DNA of 64,000 bases. Origin: Lophium mytilinum (Eukaryota). Positions 36,870 to 51,100 of this stretch are shown piece by piece. Every line of letters begins with the position of its first letter. The first letter of the stretch is position 1. Made by a program: the position numbers and the translations under genes. The DNA is taken from positions 1,569,464 through 1,633,463 of the forward strand of contig MU004192.1 in assembly GCA_010093605.1 (NCBI GenBank). The letters are read 5' to 3'. The notes under the pieces were generated by a model. That model was not told the DNA's origin. It saw only the letters and a list, made by a program, of their open reading frames with translations, and ran no database searches.

Positions 36870-39344
36870 TCAGCCAAGATTGAACTCATCCGCCACACCC
36901 GCACCTCTCATGAACTTCTCCCTTGCTCTAACCGCCTTCCTCATCTTCGCCGCTTCTTCCTCAGCCTCACCAGGCTGGGATTCAACCACCTGCATCTTCC
37001 TCGTGCTCTTCCTTTCACCCTTATCGTTCCTACCGACACCCTTCGCGCCCCCTCTGCCACCGTCCCTTCCGGCTCCTGTCCGCTGACCCGGCACCTTCAT
37101 GCCCGACGGCTTTTCCCGCAGCGCAAACGCTTTGGCCAAATGCCCCAAATGCAGCTGCTTGATATCAAAGTACCCGCGCTCCGTAGCAATATGAGTCGCA
37201 TAGGCACGGATATGACTCTGGTATGCCCTCCGTGCGCTCTCAAGCCTGGCTGGAGATGCCATTGCCCATCGCTCGACCGCGAGTTGCAGCTCCGTCGCCT
37301 TGTCTGCATAACTTACTTTTTCTGGTTTCCCGTACTTGTTGAGCGTGGGTTTCGATGGGCCGGAATCGACGAGACCTTTCCTGAGGATCTCTTCTGCATC
37401 TTGTCGACTGATGTGATGCCCACCCTCGCTATCTTTACGATCGCCCTTCAAGATGTCGACGTAACCTTCTTCGCAACCGGGCATCAGGAAGATGCAAGCA
37501 CGACCGTCGCGACCTGCACGAGCCGTGCGACCGATACGATGGAGATGGTCCTCGCGAGCGAAAGCGGGGTCGAACTCGATAACAAGGTCGACATTGACGT
37601 CGAGGCCGCGAGAGGCCACATCGGTGGCTAGGAGGAGAGACGGCTCGGTGTTCTTGGTGAAGTGTGCGAGGGTGGACGTACGAAGGGCTTGAGGAAGAGA
37701 GCCATGAAGGCGGTAGGTGGTGACGTTATGGGTCTTTTGTGAGAGGACACTGGACTCGGCATGCGTAACGGCGAGGACAGTTGGATTCGACTGAGGCGTT
37801 TTTGACGGCTGTGACTTTGAATCTCGCTGCTTAGTCGGTTCTTGGACTACCTTTGGCTCCTCGATTTCGGAATGTTCCTCTGCGTCGAGTTGGCTAGTGA
37901 GAATATCAAAATGAAAATCGACTGAATCAGCGCAAGAAATGAATACAATGACTTTCATGACCGAGCCTTTTCGAGCAAAGGCTCGTTTCAAGAATGAAAG
38001 GAGAGAGACAAGCCGCAGTTTTGCCGGCACAGTGGCGTAGGACTGCTTGAGTTGTGCTGGTGCCAGAAACGCGCGGTCTTCGGAGATAGTTTCATCGTCT
38101 TTCTGAGCTTCGTCAGAAGTGTCGGCTTGGATAAGCGTAGCTTCTTTCAACGATATTTCTCCTAGCCGTTGCACATCGGTTTTCATAGTTGCAGAGCACA
38201 GGTATGTCATCCGCTTCGATGGCAAACCTGGAATCATATCCTTGGAATCTTTCCTCGCCCTCATTCTCAAGTTGAGATTGCCGATGATCTTCTGGATCTC
38301 CTTCTCGAAGCCAAGCTCCATGAGACGATCTCCTTCGTCGAGAACTAGCCAGCGGACATTGCTGACGTCCAATCTCTCCGTGTGTTCTAGATGGTCTGCG
38401 AGCCGACCCGGCGTCGCCACCAGAATATGTACTCCTTTTCTCAGACGAGCCTTCTCAGACTGCTTTTTCTCTCCTCCAATCACGGTACCAGGTACAATCC
38501 AATGCGCACAACGGATGAGACGCTCCAGCACGACTGCGATTTGCTTGCTCAACTCCCGCGTTGGTGCAAGTATGATTGCAAACAACCCCGAGTCTCGATG
38601 GATGGCATCCGGACCATCATCCGCCTTCCGCTTCTTCATGAAAGATGACAGCTCCATTATCCGCTGCACAATCGGCAATAGGTATGCCAACGTCTTTCCC
38701 GAGCCCGTCTCTGCCTGTATCAACGCATCCGAGTCATCCTTCAAAAGTTGAGTAATGGTCTTTTTCTGAATTGCGGTGGGCGCCTTCATGTCCATCTTAT
38801 TCAGCAGATGCGACGCAATCGTCGTCGAAAGCCCAAGGGATGTGAAGGTATCGAGCTCGCTGCTCAGAGGTGCGTTCGAGGGTTCTACGGGAGTCTCGTC
38901 CACGGCTTCGCTCTGTGGAAGTTCTTTCGTAATCGATTTGGGGTTGTACGTGAACAGAGACGAGATGATCTGCTTCGGCTGGTTTCTTGGGGTTTCGTGG
39001 CCATTGCTCCGTCCCTTCGCGTTATTCGGTGTCGCATTGCCATTGGAAGCAGGCTTGAATTCTCCATCCACACGCTGTCTCTTCACAGCACTCGGGCCAA
39101 TAAATTCCTCCTCTTCAGACACCGGAGGGCTCTGCCGCAGCCTGTTTGCCCGGATGCCACTGACACTGTTCGCGCCTGAAGCAGCGCCGTTCCCCGTAGT
39201 GGTCGCTGTCTTCTGCTGCCAGTGCTGCGCTGCTTTCTTCGCCGTTAGCCTGTCTTTCCAGCGCCCGCCTTTAAAGGTCGGCGCCGGGCGCACAAATCCG
39301 TCGTCCGGAATGGAGAAGTTGAGTAGCATGCCATTATCCGCCAT
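36870..39344 (-). CDS. DBP7: DEAD-box RNA helicase Dbp7 (60S biogenesis)
   Basis: MADNGMLLNF start, AETGSGKT, PTREL, TPGRL, DEGD variant of motif II, SAT, RGLD, HRIGRTAR, LHLGHLAKAFALRE. Confidence 0.95.
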   Translation of the reverse strand: MADNGMLLNFSIPDDGFVRPAPTFKGGRWKDRLTAKKAAQHWQQKTATTTGNGAASGANSVSGIRANRLRQSPPVSEEEEFIGPSAVKRQRVDGEFKPASNGNATPNNAKGRSNGHETPRNQPKQIISSLFTYNPKSITKELPQSEAVDETPVEPSNAPLSSELDTFTSLGLSTTIASHLLNKMDMKAPTAIQKKTITQLLKDDSDALIQAETGSGKTLAYLLPIVQRIMELSSFMKKRKADDGPDAIHRDSGLFAIILAPTRELSKQIAVVLERLIRCAHWIVPGTVIGGEKKQSEKARLRKGVHILVATPGRLADHLEHTERLDVSNVRWLVLDEGDRLMELGFEKEIQKIIGNLNLRMRARKDSKDMIPGLPSKRMTYLCSATMKTDVQRLGEISLKEATLIQADTSDEAQKDDETISEDRAFLAPAQLKQSYATVPAKLRLVSLLSFLKRAFARKGSVMKVIVFISCADSVDFHFDILTSQLDAEEHSEIEEPKVVQEPTKQRDSKSQPSKTPQSNPTVLAVTHAESSVLSQKTHNVTTYRLHGSLPQALRTSTLAHFTKNTEPSLLLATDVASRGLDVNVDLVIEFDPAFAREDHLHRIGRTARAGRDGRACIFLMPGCEEGYVDILKGDRKDSEGGHHISRQDAEEILRKGLVDSGPSKPTLNKYGKPEKVSYADKATELQLAVERWAMASPARLESARRAYQSHIRAYATHIATERGYFDIKQLHLGHLAKAFALREKPSGMKVPGQRTGAGRDGGRGGAKGVGRNDKGERKSTRKMQVVESQPGEAEEEAAKMRKAVRAREKFMRGAGVADEFNLG

Positions 39345-40401
39345 ATTTTCGGGAAACGGCTTTGCGTAGTGGATTTGTTTGGTGATACGGCGGGGGAGTG
39401 CAAAAACGGTGGAGGGACCAACACGAAACTTTTTGGTGAAGCTGGTCCAAGCGCTAGGTACTCTAGAGCTCGGGCCTGCATTTGCACCCCTCCACCAAAA
39501 GTTTCTTGGGACAACCTTCTTTCCAATCCCATAGTGTCAGTTATCTCATGAAGTCCTCTATATTCACTGTGCTCCGTCTTCTTTCATTCATATGAGTCAT
39601 GCAATCCGTAACAGCACCCAATTAATTGCTTCACCACTTGCTTGGCTGGCGACAGCTTGTGTGATTCACGCTATCTCAATGTTGTCAGCCTACTCGGAGT
39701 TCCCATAACATGCTAGAGCTCTACCTACCACACCGCGTATAGGGTTCCATGGGCCCACGTAAGGTGGCTCGAAGAAGCCCGATTATTCCCAAAGCTCTGA
39801 GCTTCTTCTGTACCGATCGCAAAATCTCTGATATTAAATATGAATATCTTTACACAGGGAGCGCTAGACTTGAGCGTCTGCGTGACAGACGCAAAGTGGC
39901 TGTGTTGTGTCTAGTGTGTTCCGGCTGCTTCGGAGAGTCTAGTAACGATATATAAATAATCATGATAGAATGCCAAACTTTTGTACTTGAGGCTGGCGTA
40001 TGCGCTTTTCACATTTCTTCCACGCTGTCTAATGTGCCCTACATCGAATTGGACGCTCTGTGATAATGGAAAGGTTACAAAAGCAACTTTTCGTAATTCA
40101 GAGCTGGCATATGTAGAGAAGCTACTGGCACTTTTATTGATGGCCAGCTGTAGATAAGTTGAAGGCAGAATATAGCATTGAAGCGGGCTCGGGGGCCGAG
40201 CGTTTTTCACGAGTCACGTGGAGTCGTCCGTGATGATATTTGCGGCGGAGAATGAAGCCCATCCCTCTACCACCATGGCTGCCTCCAGCGGACGTGTCAG
40301 CTTATCCTGCGTGGGCCATCGAGGGAGAGATTCACTTCTCCTCCTTCAACTCCAGACTGCTTCTGAATCATAGACAGCCCCGTTGAGCTTGCGAGTACAC
40401 T

Positions 40402-41547
40402 ATGGCCACCAAGCTCCCTCAAATCCGAGGCATCGCGTGTACGATTTCGTCCTATATATGAGCCATTGGACCCTTAAACTTACCTGCTTCAGCTCTTAGT
40501 ATTCGCCGCCGTCTTTACGGGACTGCTCAAACCGCACCTAGCCCCCAGATCTTCCGCGATGTCCCACCTCTTCGCACCTACCGCCGGTCTCTCCTCCTCT
40601 CCAAGCGCACCGTCGGGCTCGTTCCAACTATGGGCGCCCTCCATGACGGCCACCTGAGCCTCGCCCGCCTCGCTGCCGCCGAGAACACCGACGTTTTCAT
40701 AAGCGTCTACATCAATCCCACGCAATTCGGCCTCAACGAGGACCTCTCCTCCTACCCCAAGACATGGGAGGCTGATCTCGCAGCCCTCAAGAATCTCGAC
40801 GCTGAGCTCGCAGCAACCCCTGGCGCTGGCCGCATCTCCGCCGTCTTTGCTCCAACTACAAAGACTATGTATCCGACGCTCCCCCCAGACTCCTCCCTTC
40901 CAGGAAAGGGCTCCTTCGTAACAATCACCCCATTGGCAAACCTGCTAGAAGGCGCGTCCCGCCCGGTCTTTTTCCGTGGCGTTGCAACTGTTTGCATGAA
41001 GCTGTTCAATATATGTACGCCAGAGCGCGTCTACTTCGGCCAGAAGGATGTCCAGCAGACCGCGGTAATACGGCGACTGGCAAAGGATTTTCACGTGGAC
41101 ACGACAGTGCGTATCGGCCCGACGCAGCGCGAGGAAAGCGGACTCGCAATGAGCTCAAGGAACGTATACTTAGGCACGAGGCGGAGAGAGGTCGCGCGAG
41201 TGCTGTCCCAAGCGCTAAGGAGGGCTGAGGCGCAGTACCTGGCTGGCAAGAGGACTAGAGGGGACATCTTGTGGCCAGCGACGGCCCATGCGGATGAGGT
41301 GGCTGCTGCTCAGGAGGAATTGGAACCCGGAGCTCGGGCGAAATTCGAAGTGGATTACATTTCATTAGCGGATCCGGAAACCATGGAAGAAGTTGAGGTT
41401 GTGGATCCGGCGAGGGGCGCCATATTGAGCACGGCTATGAAGATGCTGCCGCTCGAGGAGGTGGCTGAAGGCGAGCAGCTAGGGGTTGGGAAGGATGAAA
41501 TCGCCGTGAGGTTGATTGACAATATCATATTGGAGCCAGCAGAGTAA
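40402..41547 (+). CDS. PAN6: Pantoate-beta-alanine ligase (pantothenate synthetase)
   Basis: Exon 40402-40438 and intron 40439-40492, then GLVPTMGALHDGH, SVYINPTQF, EGASRP, YFGQKD, GLAMSSRN, RLIDN. Confidence 0.93.
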
Positions 41548-42685
41548 GTTACTCTGGACCCTCATACCACATTCATAATAGACCTGTGCACACATTTACT
41601 CTATTGTTATATCACTTTCGGTGGATTTTAAAGTAGCTGAATAAGATGGGAATTTAGTAAATGAATGACCTTTGAACTCGCTTGCTACTTCGTACCTCAA
41701 TACGACAGCACTCAGAGTGATCTGGCCCGTTCCAAAATTCCTACTTTGGGCGTCATCCTGAGGCCTTTTGAATCGTGACTCGAAAATCCACCCCGAATTT
41801 CGCCCTTCTCAAAGTCACATGGCATTTTTCTCATCAAGTAAAACTCTACTTCATGTCATACTTCCAGCACTTCATATCTATGGTCAGAGACTTGCGCTCT
41901 TCGGCAGGTATCTTGGCATCGGACCCTACGTTGGTTATTCAACTGTCAGGTAGTGCAAACCATGGGCGAGCAACTTCAACCGCTTACCATCGTCTTTAGC
42001 TACGTCACGAGGGCCATGGCTATTAATGCCGGCCGAATGCTGAACTTATCAATTTATGGCGCTACGATCAAAAGGCGACGAGTTGACACCGTTTTCAATT
42101 ATCCTTGACAACGTTAGGAAAGGTTTACCCGCGCATATAAACAGAACTTTTGATGTCTTTCTCCTGCAGTCCAAATGAGGGCGCGGAACTGACTCTTCAC
42201 ACAACACTGCTGACATTCTCACTAGCCCTTCCGGCTCAAGCACGCTGAACGTAAGTCGGGGTCCGTCAGCTCAGTCTATAAGAGGGCTGATGTCCTCAGA
42301 TGATGCTTATAAAACCGAATTAAAACTAGTAAAATCGTTCGTCTCCCGTAAGAAGTATGCGTTTCTTTTGAATAACTACTCTAGTAGGTGCTTTATTGGC
42401 ATACGTAACGTCTTTGGCTCGTCAACGCATCTTAAAATGGTGGTTCTGCTGAACCACGGAACCGCAACACCAGCGCAAGAGTACCGTCACCAAGTACTAG
42501 AGATGAACCGTAGGAACGATTAGGCACTCTCGCTACCAACATGAAACGAATCATACCCTTTGACCCAAAACCACCACAAATAAAAGGAGACTGATCCGTC
42601 GACTGTGCATCTCTCTCGCCGTCCCTCTCCTCAATTCACATACACCTAACCTAGCCCGACGACATCATCGTGCACACAATATAAA

Positions 42686-43564
42686 ATGGAACACAGCCTT
42701 TACGAGTACGCGGTGATGAGGCTGTACCGTGAGCTGATCGAAGACCAAGCCGACTCAGCTGGGTACGGAATCAGCACGTCGGAGTTGAACGACTTTCTCC
42801 AGTTGCTGAATATCGGTAATTTCGAGGAACTCATGGGGGTCACCACAGAGTATTATGAGATTTTCCACGTCCTCCAATTGGTAAGCACCCAGTTTTGGGG
42901 GTTCGAAGTATCGTGTTTGCATTGCACGAGGCTAACATAGTGGTAGGATGGCATCGATTTTTTGCTAGAAGCCCCTGACTGCATTTTGGATTTTGAGTTG
43001 GATTGCTATCTCGCGCTTTCGTTGCGCTCGAGCGATCACTTCTTGGGCGAGATGTTCGAGCAGGTTTACGGCTCCTCGGTGGAGGAGTTTCTCCAGCAGG
43101 TTTACGGCTCCTCGGTGGGGGAGTTTCTCCAGGAGATGGACGAATCCGAGGATGATGGCGAGGAGGATGATGATGAGAAGGAGGATGGGGAGGTTACGGA
43201 AGGGGACGAGGAACCCGAGCTCGAATCCGAACACGATGGTGATAACTCTGGACTGGATCTGTTTGACAACAACTTCCTCGTTGTGGTCCAGATGGGGTTT
43301 CACGGTTCGTATCCGCCGGAACTTTTCGCATCGAGACGGGGCTCAGCCACAGTATGGAGTCTCCGTTGGGAACCTGAAGAGAGTATATTCGAGGCTCAGA
43401 TACGCGAAGAACTGCGAATTCTTGAGGCAGAACTTCATAATTCCGGGCTCCTTGGTGCTGGACACAGGATAGCTATGGTCCAGAGGGTTGATGGAGGTGA
43501 ACGGTATCTGATGAGCCGCGAGAGTGTAGGACGTTTCAGTCAGCCTGCCATTCAGCTTAGGTAG
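42686..43564 (+). CDS. Hypothetical acidic protein
   Basis: ATG in AAAATGG context after a pyrimidine-rich leader. Canonical intron 42881-42946 (GTAAGC..CTAAC..TAG) joins two ORFs in frame. No recognisable domain. Confidence 0.6.
43059..43130 (+). repeat. 36-bp tandem duplication within the hypothetical CDS
   Basis: agcaggtttacggctcctcggtgg(a/g)ggagtttctcc twice, one mismatch; encodes QVYGSSV(E/G)EFLQ. Confidence 0.9.
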
Positions 43565-44863
43565 ACACGTGAACAGATATGTGGAACTACAATAAGAACG
43601 AGCATGGCGCGAGCGAGTGCCGTACCGAGGATGAGGTTTCGTAAGTGTTTTAAAGTTAGAATATTGATTAATTAAACCTGGTTTTTCAGCGTCCTGCGTG
43701 AACACAGGGTCTCCAGAGAGGCATATCTCCAGCTTACGCGCTTCAGAAGCTGGCTAGTAACGTTGAGAAGTTGTGAGCTCTCGCTTCCTATTTGGAGCGT
43801 CGAGAAAATGACATCTAGTGCGGATCTTTCATAATATATCGAAGATTCCACTCGCTGGTAAAGATGTAGCAAAATCGTGTTACTTGCTACTCGCCAAGTT
43901 GAAGGGCTGAAAATCCGATATTCAAGGGCGATGTCGCATAACGGTCCGAGGCAATCCAGCAAGATCGCGCATATTGCTAGGTTCTAGTTTGAAGCTCAGA
44001 AGATATCATTGAAGAAGGAAATCTTGCGCTGATGTGAAATACGTCAAACGCTAGCAAGAATACAGCAAGATGTTGGAAAATGTTAGATTGTGCTTGCATT
44101 GTCGGAGATGAGAATCAAGGTAGACATCTCATAACGACCCAGGGCACTTCAACCATGGACAAGAACGTAGCAAGTGGTGTGAACTGCTGGTTTCCTATTT
44201 GAAGCGTCGAAAAATGACACCGATCCTATTTGCTTGATGACTACTAGGGGTACCCCAGGCAGTGGCAAGGTAGTAGGCGATGCGATTTCCCTGTGTCCGA
44301 TCTGAAGTGTAGAGAAACGACATCAAGTCTGGGAATATGGTGGTTGCTGGAGACACGTTGGACGTTGTCAGGGGATACTCACAGCTTGTGAGTGTCTGTT
44401 CTCGTAGCCAAAGTCAATTTCCTGGATTCGACGTACCATTTCTGGCAATACATTGACTCACAGAAGCTTCCCTTCCGCTGTCAAGACGACGTCGACACAC
44501 TCCCAAAAATCAGAATAGGACGCGAGTGCAACATTTTGTACATTCCAGGACCTCGTTGAGCCACCACATACAGTGTCACCGAGCGAAAGCTCTATTTCCC
44601 AGTAGTTTCACAGACAGAGAAAAACAAAAGCAGGAATTCAGAAAGTAAAAGGAAGTAATTTATGTGCAATAGTACAAGTCTTCCCGCAATCGCACCTCTC
44701 GTTCAGCATACCAGTACAACATGCCCATCCCTCTCCCAAACCTGATGACTTCTGGGCTGAGAAAAACCACCAGAGACTGCCGCAAGATCCCAGAGCTTGG
44801 TCGGGCGACAATGCCGGGAGCGCGCAAACCGCCTTGTTCAGAATACGACCCAAATCCGATGAC

Positions 44864-45804
44864 TTAATGGTGAGCTGGCGCGCTTGACCTGTAGCCAACC
44901 ACCTTGAAACGTCCGATCATCTCGCCGACGGAGAAAAAGCCGATGGCCTCGGCGGTCACAACGGCTGCGGAGGCGTATTGTGCAGTGCTGAGGTTCCGGG
45001 CGCGGTTGAGGAGGGAGGAGGGATTTAGGGTGGCGGTGTACGAGGATAGGGACGACGGGTTACGGGCGGCGGATAGGACGGGTTGGAAGTAGGATTGGAA
45101 GGTTGCCGCAGATCTAGGTGTAGCGTGTCAGTACGTGAAGTCGAGGTTCGCATTTGCGGAAATTGAGTTAAGCTCATATGGGTTGTTGATTAATTGGACG
45201 GAGGAAGGGACAGCTTACGGAGGGTTCATTTTCCGTGCTTCGAAGACTAGCTTGCCGAGTTCGAGGCCAACTTTGGAGTAGTATATTGTAGGTGGGATCA
45301 ATGCTGTAAAATCACAGAGTCAGCATGTTGTCGCTCTTCATATCGGGCCCTCTTCGTGTTTTCCGAGCTCTGCGCAGGGGCACTTGTTTGTCCATCTCAT
45401 CCATCACCTTTCAGGCGCTCAATGCCTCTCCAAACCCTTCCTCGTCGTAGATCCAGTCCGCCTCTTGCCCACCAAGCCCACAGGTACGCCATTGACCCCG
45501 TGTGCCAACCCTAACAACCTCAAAGAGAACTGTACTCACACTGCACGAACCCAATCGCGCGTCCTGTCCGTCCCCCAACCTTGCCTAGCGCATTGCCTGC
45601 ACTTGCTCCAGCCTTCAATAACGCGCTGCCCGCACTGCTGGTGACCTTGGAGAGCCCCTCGGTGGCCTTGCTCGTAGCTTGGGCCGCCCTCTCCTTCGCG
45701 GTTGCGGCAACCTCGGACGCGGAGCTGGCGCTGCGACGGGCGAAGAGCTGGCGACGGGCCGGCAGGGTGGTCCGCAACGCGGCGCGCGATGCGGGGAGGG
45801 ACAT
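44864..45804 (-). CDS. ATP20: Mitochondrial ATP synthase subunit g
   Basis: Arg-rich presequence; three exons giving PPTIYYSKVGLELGKLVF..KMNPP and AEAIGFFSVGEMIGRFKVVGY. Confidence 0.92.
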
Positions 45805-46254
45805 GGTCGAGGAGGGGAGATGGAAGGTGGATGGGGGTTGAGTTGGTGATGGGGTGAGGTTGAGCAGGAGCTGGAGCTTTTTCCGTAGGGAGATTTCGGG
45901 CTAGGCCGGCGGCTCGTGCGCTGGCTGCGGAAGGGTTAGGGATGGCCGCGATGACGCATATTACTTCATCAAGCTCTTCTTTAAGGATGATAGAGAATCA
46001 ATTGGCTGTGTAAGGTCAAGATCAATCATATGTTTTGTTGGTAGAATATTGTAGAGCGGGAGCGTTGGGATCTCCTTCAATTTCATTACCGCCTCAGCTT
46101 CCGCAACTCCGAGACTGCTATGCATGAGTATCAAAAGGCATCCGAGTTTACAATTCCTCTATTTAGCATCCATGGAGTATCTTCTAGGCCAAAACGCTAG
46201 TTCTATATGTCATCCGGCTCCTCAATTCGTGTGACAATGCTTGGAATTCTCAAT

Positions 46255-48151
<1,897 letters not shown>

Positions 48152-51100
48152 TTAAGGAGCTGGACTTTCAAGTGGCTGGTTGGCGCTATCGGCGGGGAGG
48201 GAGATGCGGCGCGTTGGTAATCATCGTGGTGGTGTGCAGGTGCTGACAGAGCGGAGTCGTGAGGGTTGGGGTTCTGGGCGCGTTCGCGGCATGGGTGTTG
48301 AGCTATCAGAGCATTCAGTTGGAGTGTTGAACAAAGAAACGGAGTTTTCAGTATTTGCGGCTTAGGTTAGTGCAATTGGTAAAGGTCAATGGCTTGGTTT
48401 TAGTTTTTCCACAGTTTTTTGTGCGAGTAGAGCAGAGCTAAACACTAGAGCTAGAATATAGAGTAAGTTGAGAGGAGCTGCAAAGATAAAGGCTAAAAGA
48501 TAGGGAGATGAAAGCTTTAGCCGCGGAGGTAACGCTCTGTGCGATTCCATCGAGAAAGTTAAGTAAGAACGAATCGACGCTGCGATAAGAACGGTAGCCG
48601 TGATATTCAGGTCTCGCGGAATGCACCTAGTTTAGCAGTCCCCGCATTCCCGCCCCGCTACCACCATTCCAGATTCGCATAACAAAAAATCCCATGTGAT
48701 AATGGTTCTTCGAAATATTGCGTCCACGGCAAAAGCTTCCATGGACGGCATATCTATTCAAAATCCTCGAGTATTCTTACGTATTCTCACTAGCTCATGT
48801 ACTCAACAGTTCTTCACTCGGAGTACACTCCTCGCAGCACTCCGCCAACGGTGAGTTCACGATCACCGACGTAAGTCCTCCCATATTGTCGGGACGAACA
48901 TGGATACGAGCTCATGCCGAACGCGCGGATAAATGCATCTTCCCAACCAGTAGGAGCATTTGTGATCCATCACATTCATGGCGGCGCACTCTTCAATCGC
49001 GATTCCTGAAGAATCCCGGTGGGCGGAGTGGATTTCCGGAATAGTGGCTTGGAGTATCCTGGCCATGCAATAAAAGGCGCATGGCAACAATATCGAGAGG
49101 TGATTCTGTGTAACGCGAAAACCTTTTCTCAAGCGCCACTGAGACCATGTCGGCAGCTGTGGTGCGTCAGCAAGAAAACATGTAACCAGTAAAGTTTTGT
49201 TTTTGTGGGTTGACTGTGATCGGTTGTGGTCAATATGGATGTGTGTGTGCCGGATTACTTGATCGAGCGTACATGGTGAATTGAAGGTGCCGTGACATGG
49301 CACCATGTCTACATATGTAGCTGAACGCCAGAATAGGCCACATGCCTGACTTGCATCCGCTGAAATGCACGCGATCAAGCCATCCTCGTGCTGAAGACGC
49401 GGCAACTGGAGCGAGTATCAGCCGTAAGGCTGAACTTGCAGCACGCGAAGGGTGAACTTTCAGAACGCGAAGACAGCCCCTTTTTGATACCTGTAACGTG
49501 CGGATTGTGAGATACACCTGTACGTTAATTTGACAGCGCTAGAATCTCCTGAGCTTGAGGCTTGTTGGACTAAGTTGTGCTTGGCTTGGAGGAAAACGGG
49601 AGCTCAGCACGTGCGTCGTTCGACGTTGGCTATTTACACATCATCGCGGATGCAATAACTGTGAAGGCTTCTTTGAACCTATACAAAAGATGGGGATCAA
49701 CCAGCTTGTATTTTTCGGAGTGACGTGTTTCCGCAACTAAATATCCAGTTGCATAATCTGAAGTCCTTCTTAAGCTGTGCATGCGATCCAGGGGTCGGTT
49801 TTTGCTGCTCAGTATCGCAAACGCGTAGAAATGACCCTCGACCCACGAGCAGTTGTAGAAATTGCAGTTTTGTCAGTAGAAAGCACGTGAAAGCGTTCTG
49901 TCTCAAGAGAAAGTGGAATAAAAAGAGAAACGGTCCAAATCGCGCCAGAAGACCGCCAAAGATCCTTACAGAGCCGTACCAAGCCTACAGTACGAGAACC
50001 GCATTCGTCATGTTACGTTTGTCCACTCGGCTCCCCAAAACGTAGCTTTTCTCCACAAATGTGGAATTGTCGGTTGCAAGCGTTGAAGGGGGTCAGATGC
50101 AAGGCCAAGTTGACAAGGGCACGTAGGCAAGCAATCGGTGAGGGTAGCAGCTGCGTGATATCCCCAGCTTCCTTTTCTCACATCACAGCCCCTTATCCAT
50201 GTAGACTGCACGGAGGCGGCCAACTTAGTTTACGTCAGACCGCCCAGATACTTCTGCTCGGAGCCTTGAGCAAGTTTAACTGGAGCAGGATATCTTCTCG
50301 TGTTGGGGGCGGGACCGCCATGATGCCGATTCTCACTCGTACAAGGTTGCGAAAAGGCGCGAAAGCGGGCGTGCTAGCTTCTCTTGCCGCTTACTCCGGC
50401 AGCCCGCACGGTGGAGGTGGATCGAATGTGTTCGATGTCTGTCAAGAGGAAGCCGCTGCAACTAATGGCCTGCATCGACGAGTCCTCGCTGCTGGAATCT
50501 CGGAGATGAGGCGGGTCTGGTGGGCGCGTGGTTGGCTCGCGGCTCCAACAACAAGTGAGGTGCTTTTCCTTGTGTCTCCCGAGGTATGCGGGCAGTCAAC
50601 GGGGAAAGGCCAACTCTGTAGCCGGGGCCCGGAAGTGTCATCGCCCTGCCGTTTTTGGTACGGGCGATGCGAAAGATGTGACAGCTCAAGTTCTGCGAGG
50701 ATGAAGGCAGAACGTACGCCGCCCGTGGCACCTCCTGGACGCAATCAGAGGGTTGCACGGAGGCCGAGGAGCTCGGTCGGGTTAAGGCGACGAACTGGCT
50801 GGTTTGGCTAGACCATGGCGGTTGTGAATGCAGCCGAGCCTTGGAGCACGTCTCCTCCTGCACGCCATCATCGTTGAAGTGCGCAATGGGGCCCCGCCTG
50901 CCGTAGCGTGGTGCTCGCCCCAGAATGCCTCGCAGATCCGTGGCTGAAGGATGCGGGAACAAGACGACAACGAGCGACGAGGGCGTGTTGGAGCCGGGGC
51001 GGTAATTGGTGCTGGAGGGGATGCCATCGCTAGCCCGTTCCCGTTTCCGCGCAGAGAGAGCCGGCTGTTTTGTCCTTGTAATCTTTCACCGCGGCCCCTG

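Noticed and set aside
39548..39716. MKSSIFTVLRLLSFI signal-like start followed by Cys-containing frames
   Set aside because: Stops after 15 codons and no consistent splice model was found.
43672..43962. 96-aa minus-strand ORF
   Set aside because: Non-ATG start, upstream in-frame stops, no recognisable motif.
45933..45941. GGGTTAGGG telobox upstream of ATP20
   Set aside because: Single short motif; common in promoters and by chance.
50059..50811. 250-aa ORF
   Set aside because: Arg/Gly/Ser/Cys-rich composition typical of GC-rich non-coding frames; no motifs. Cannot be fully excluded without a search.
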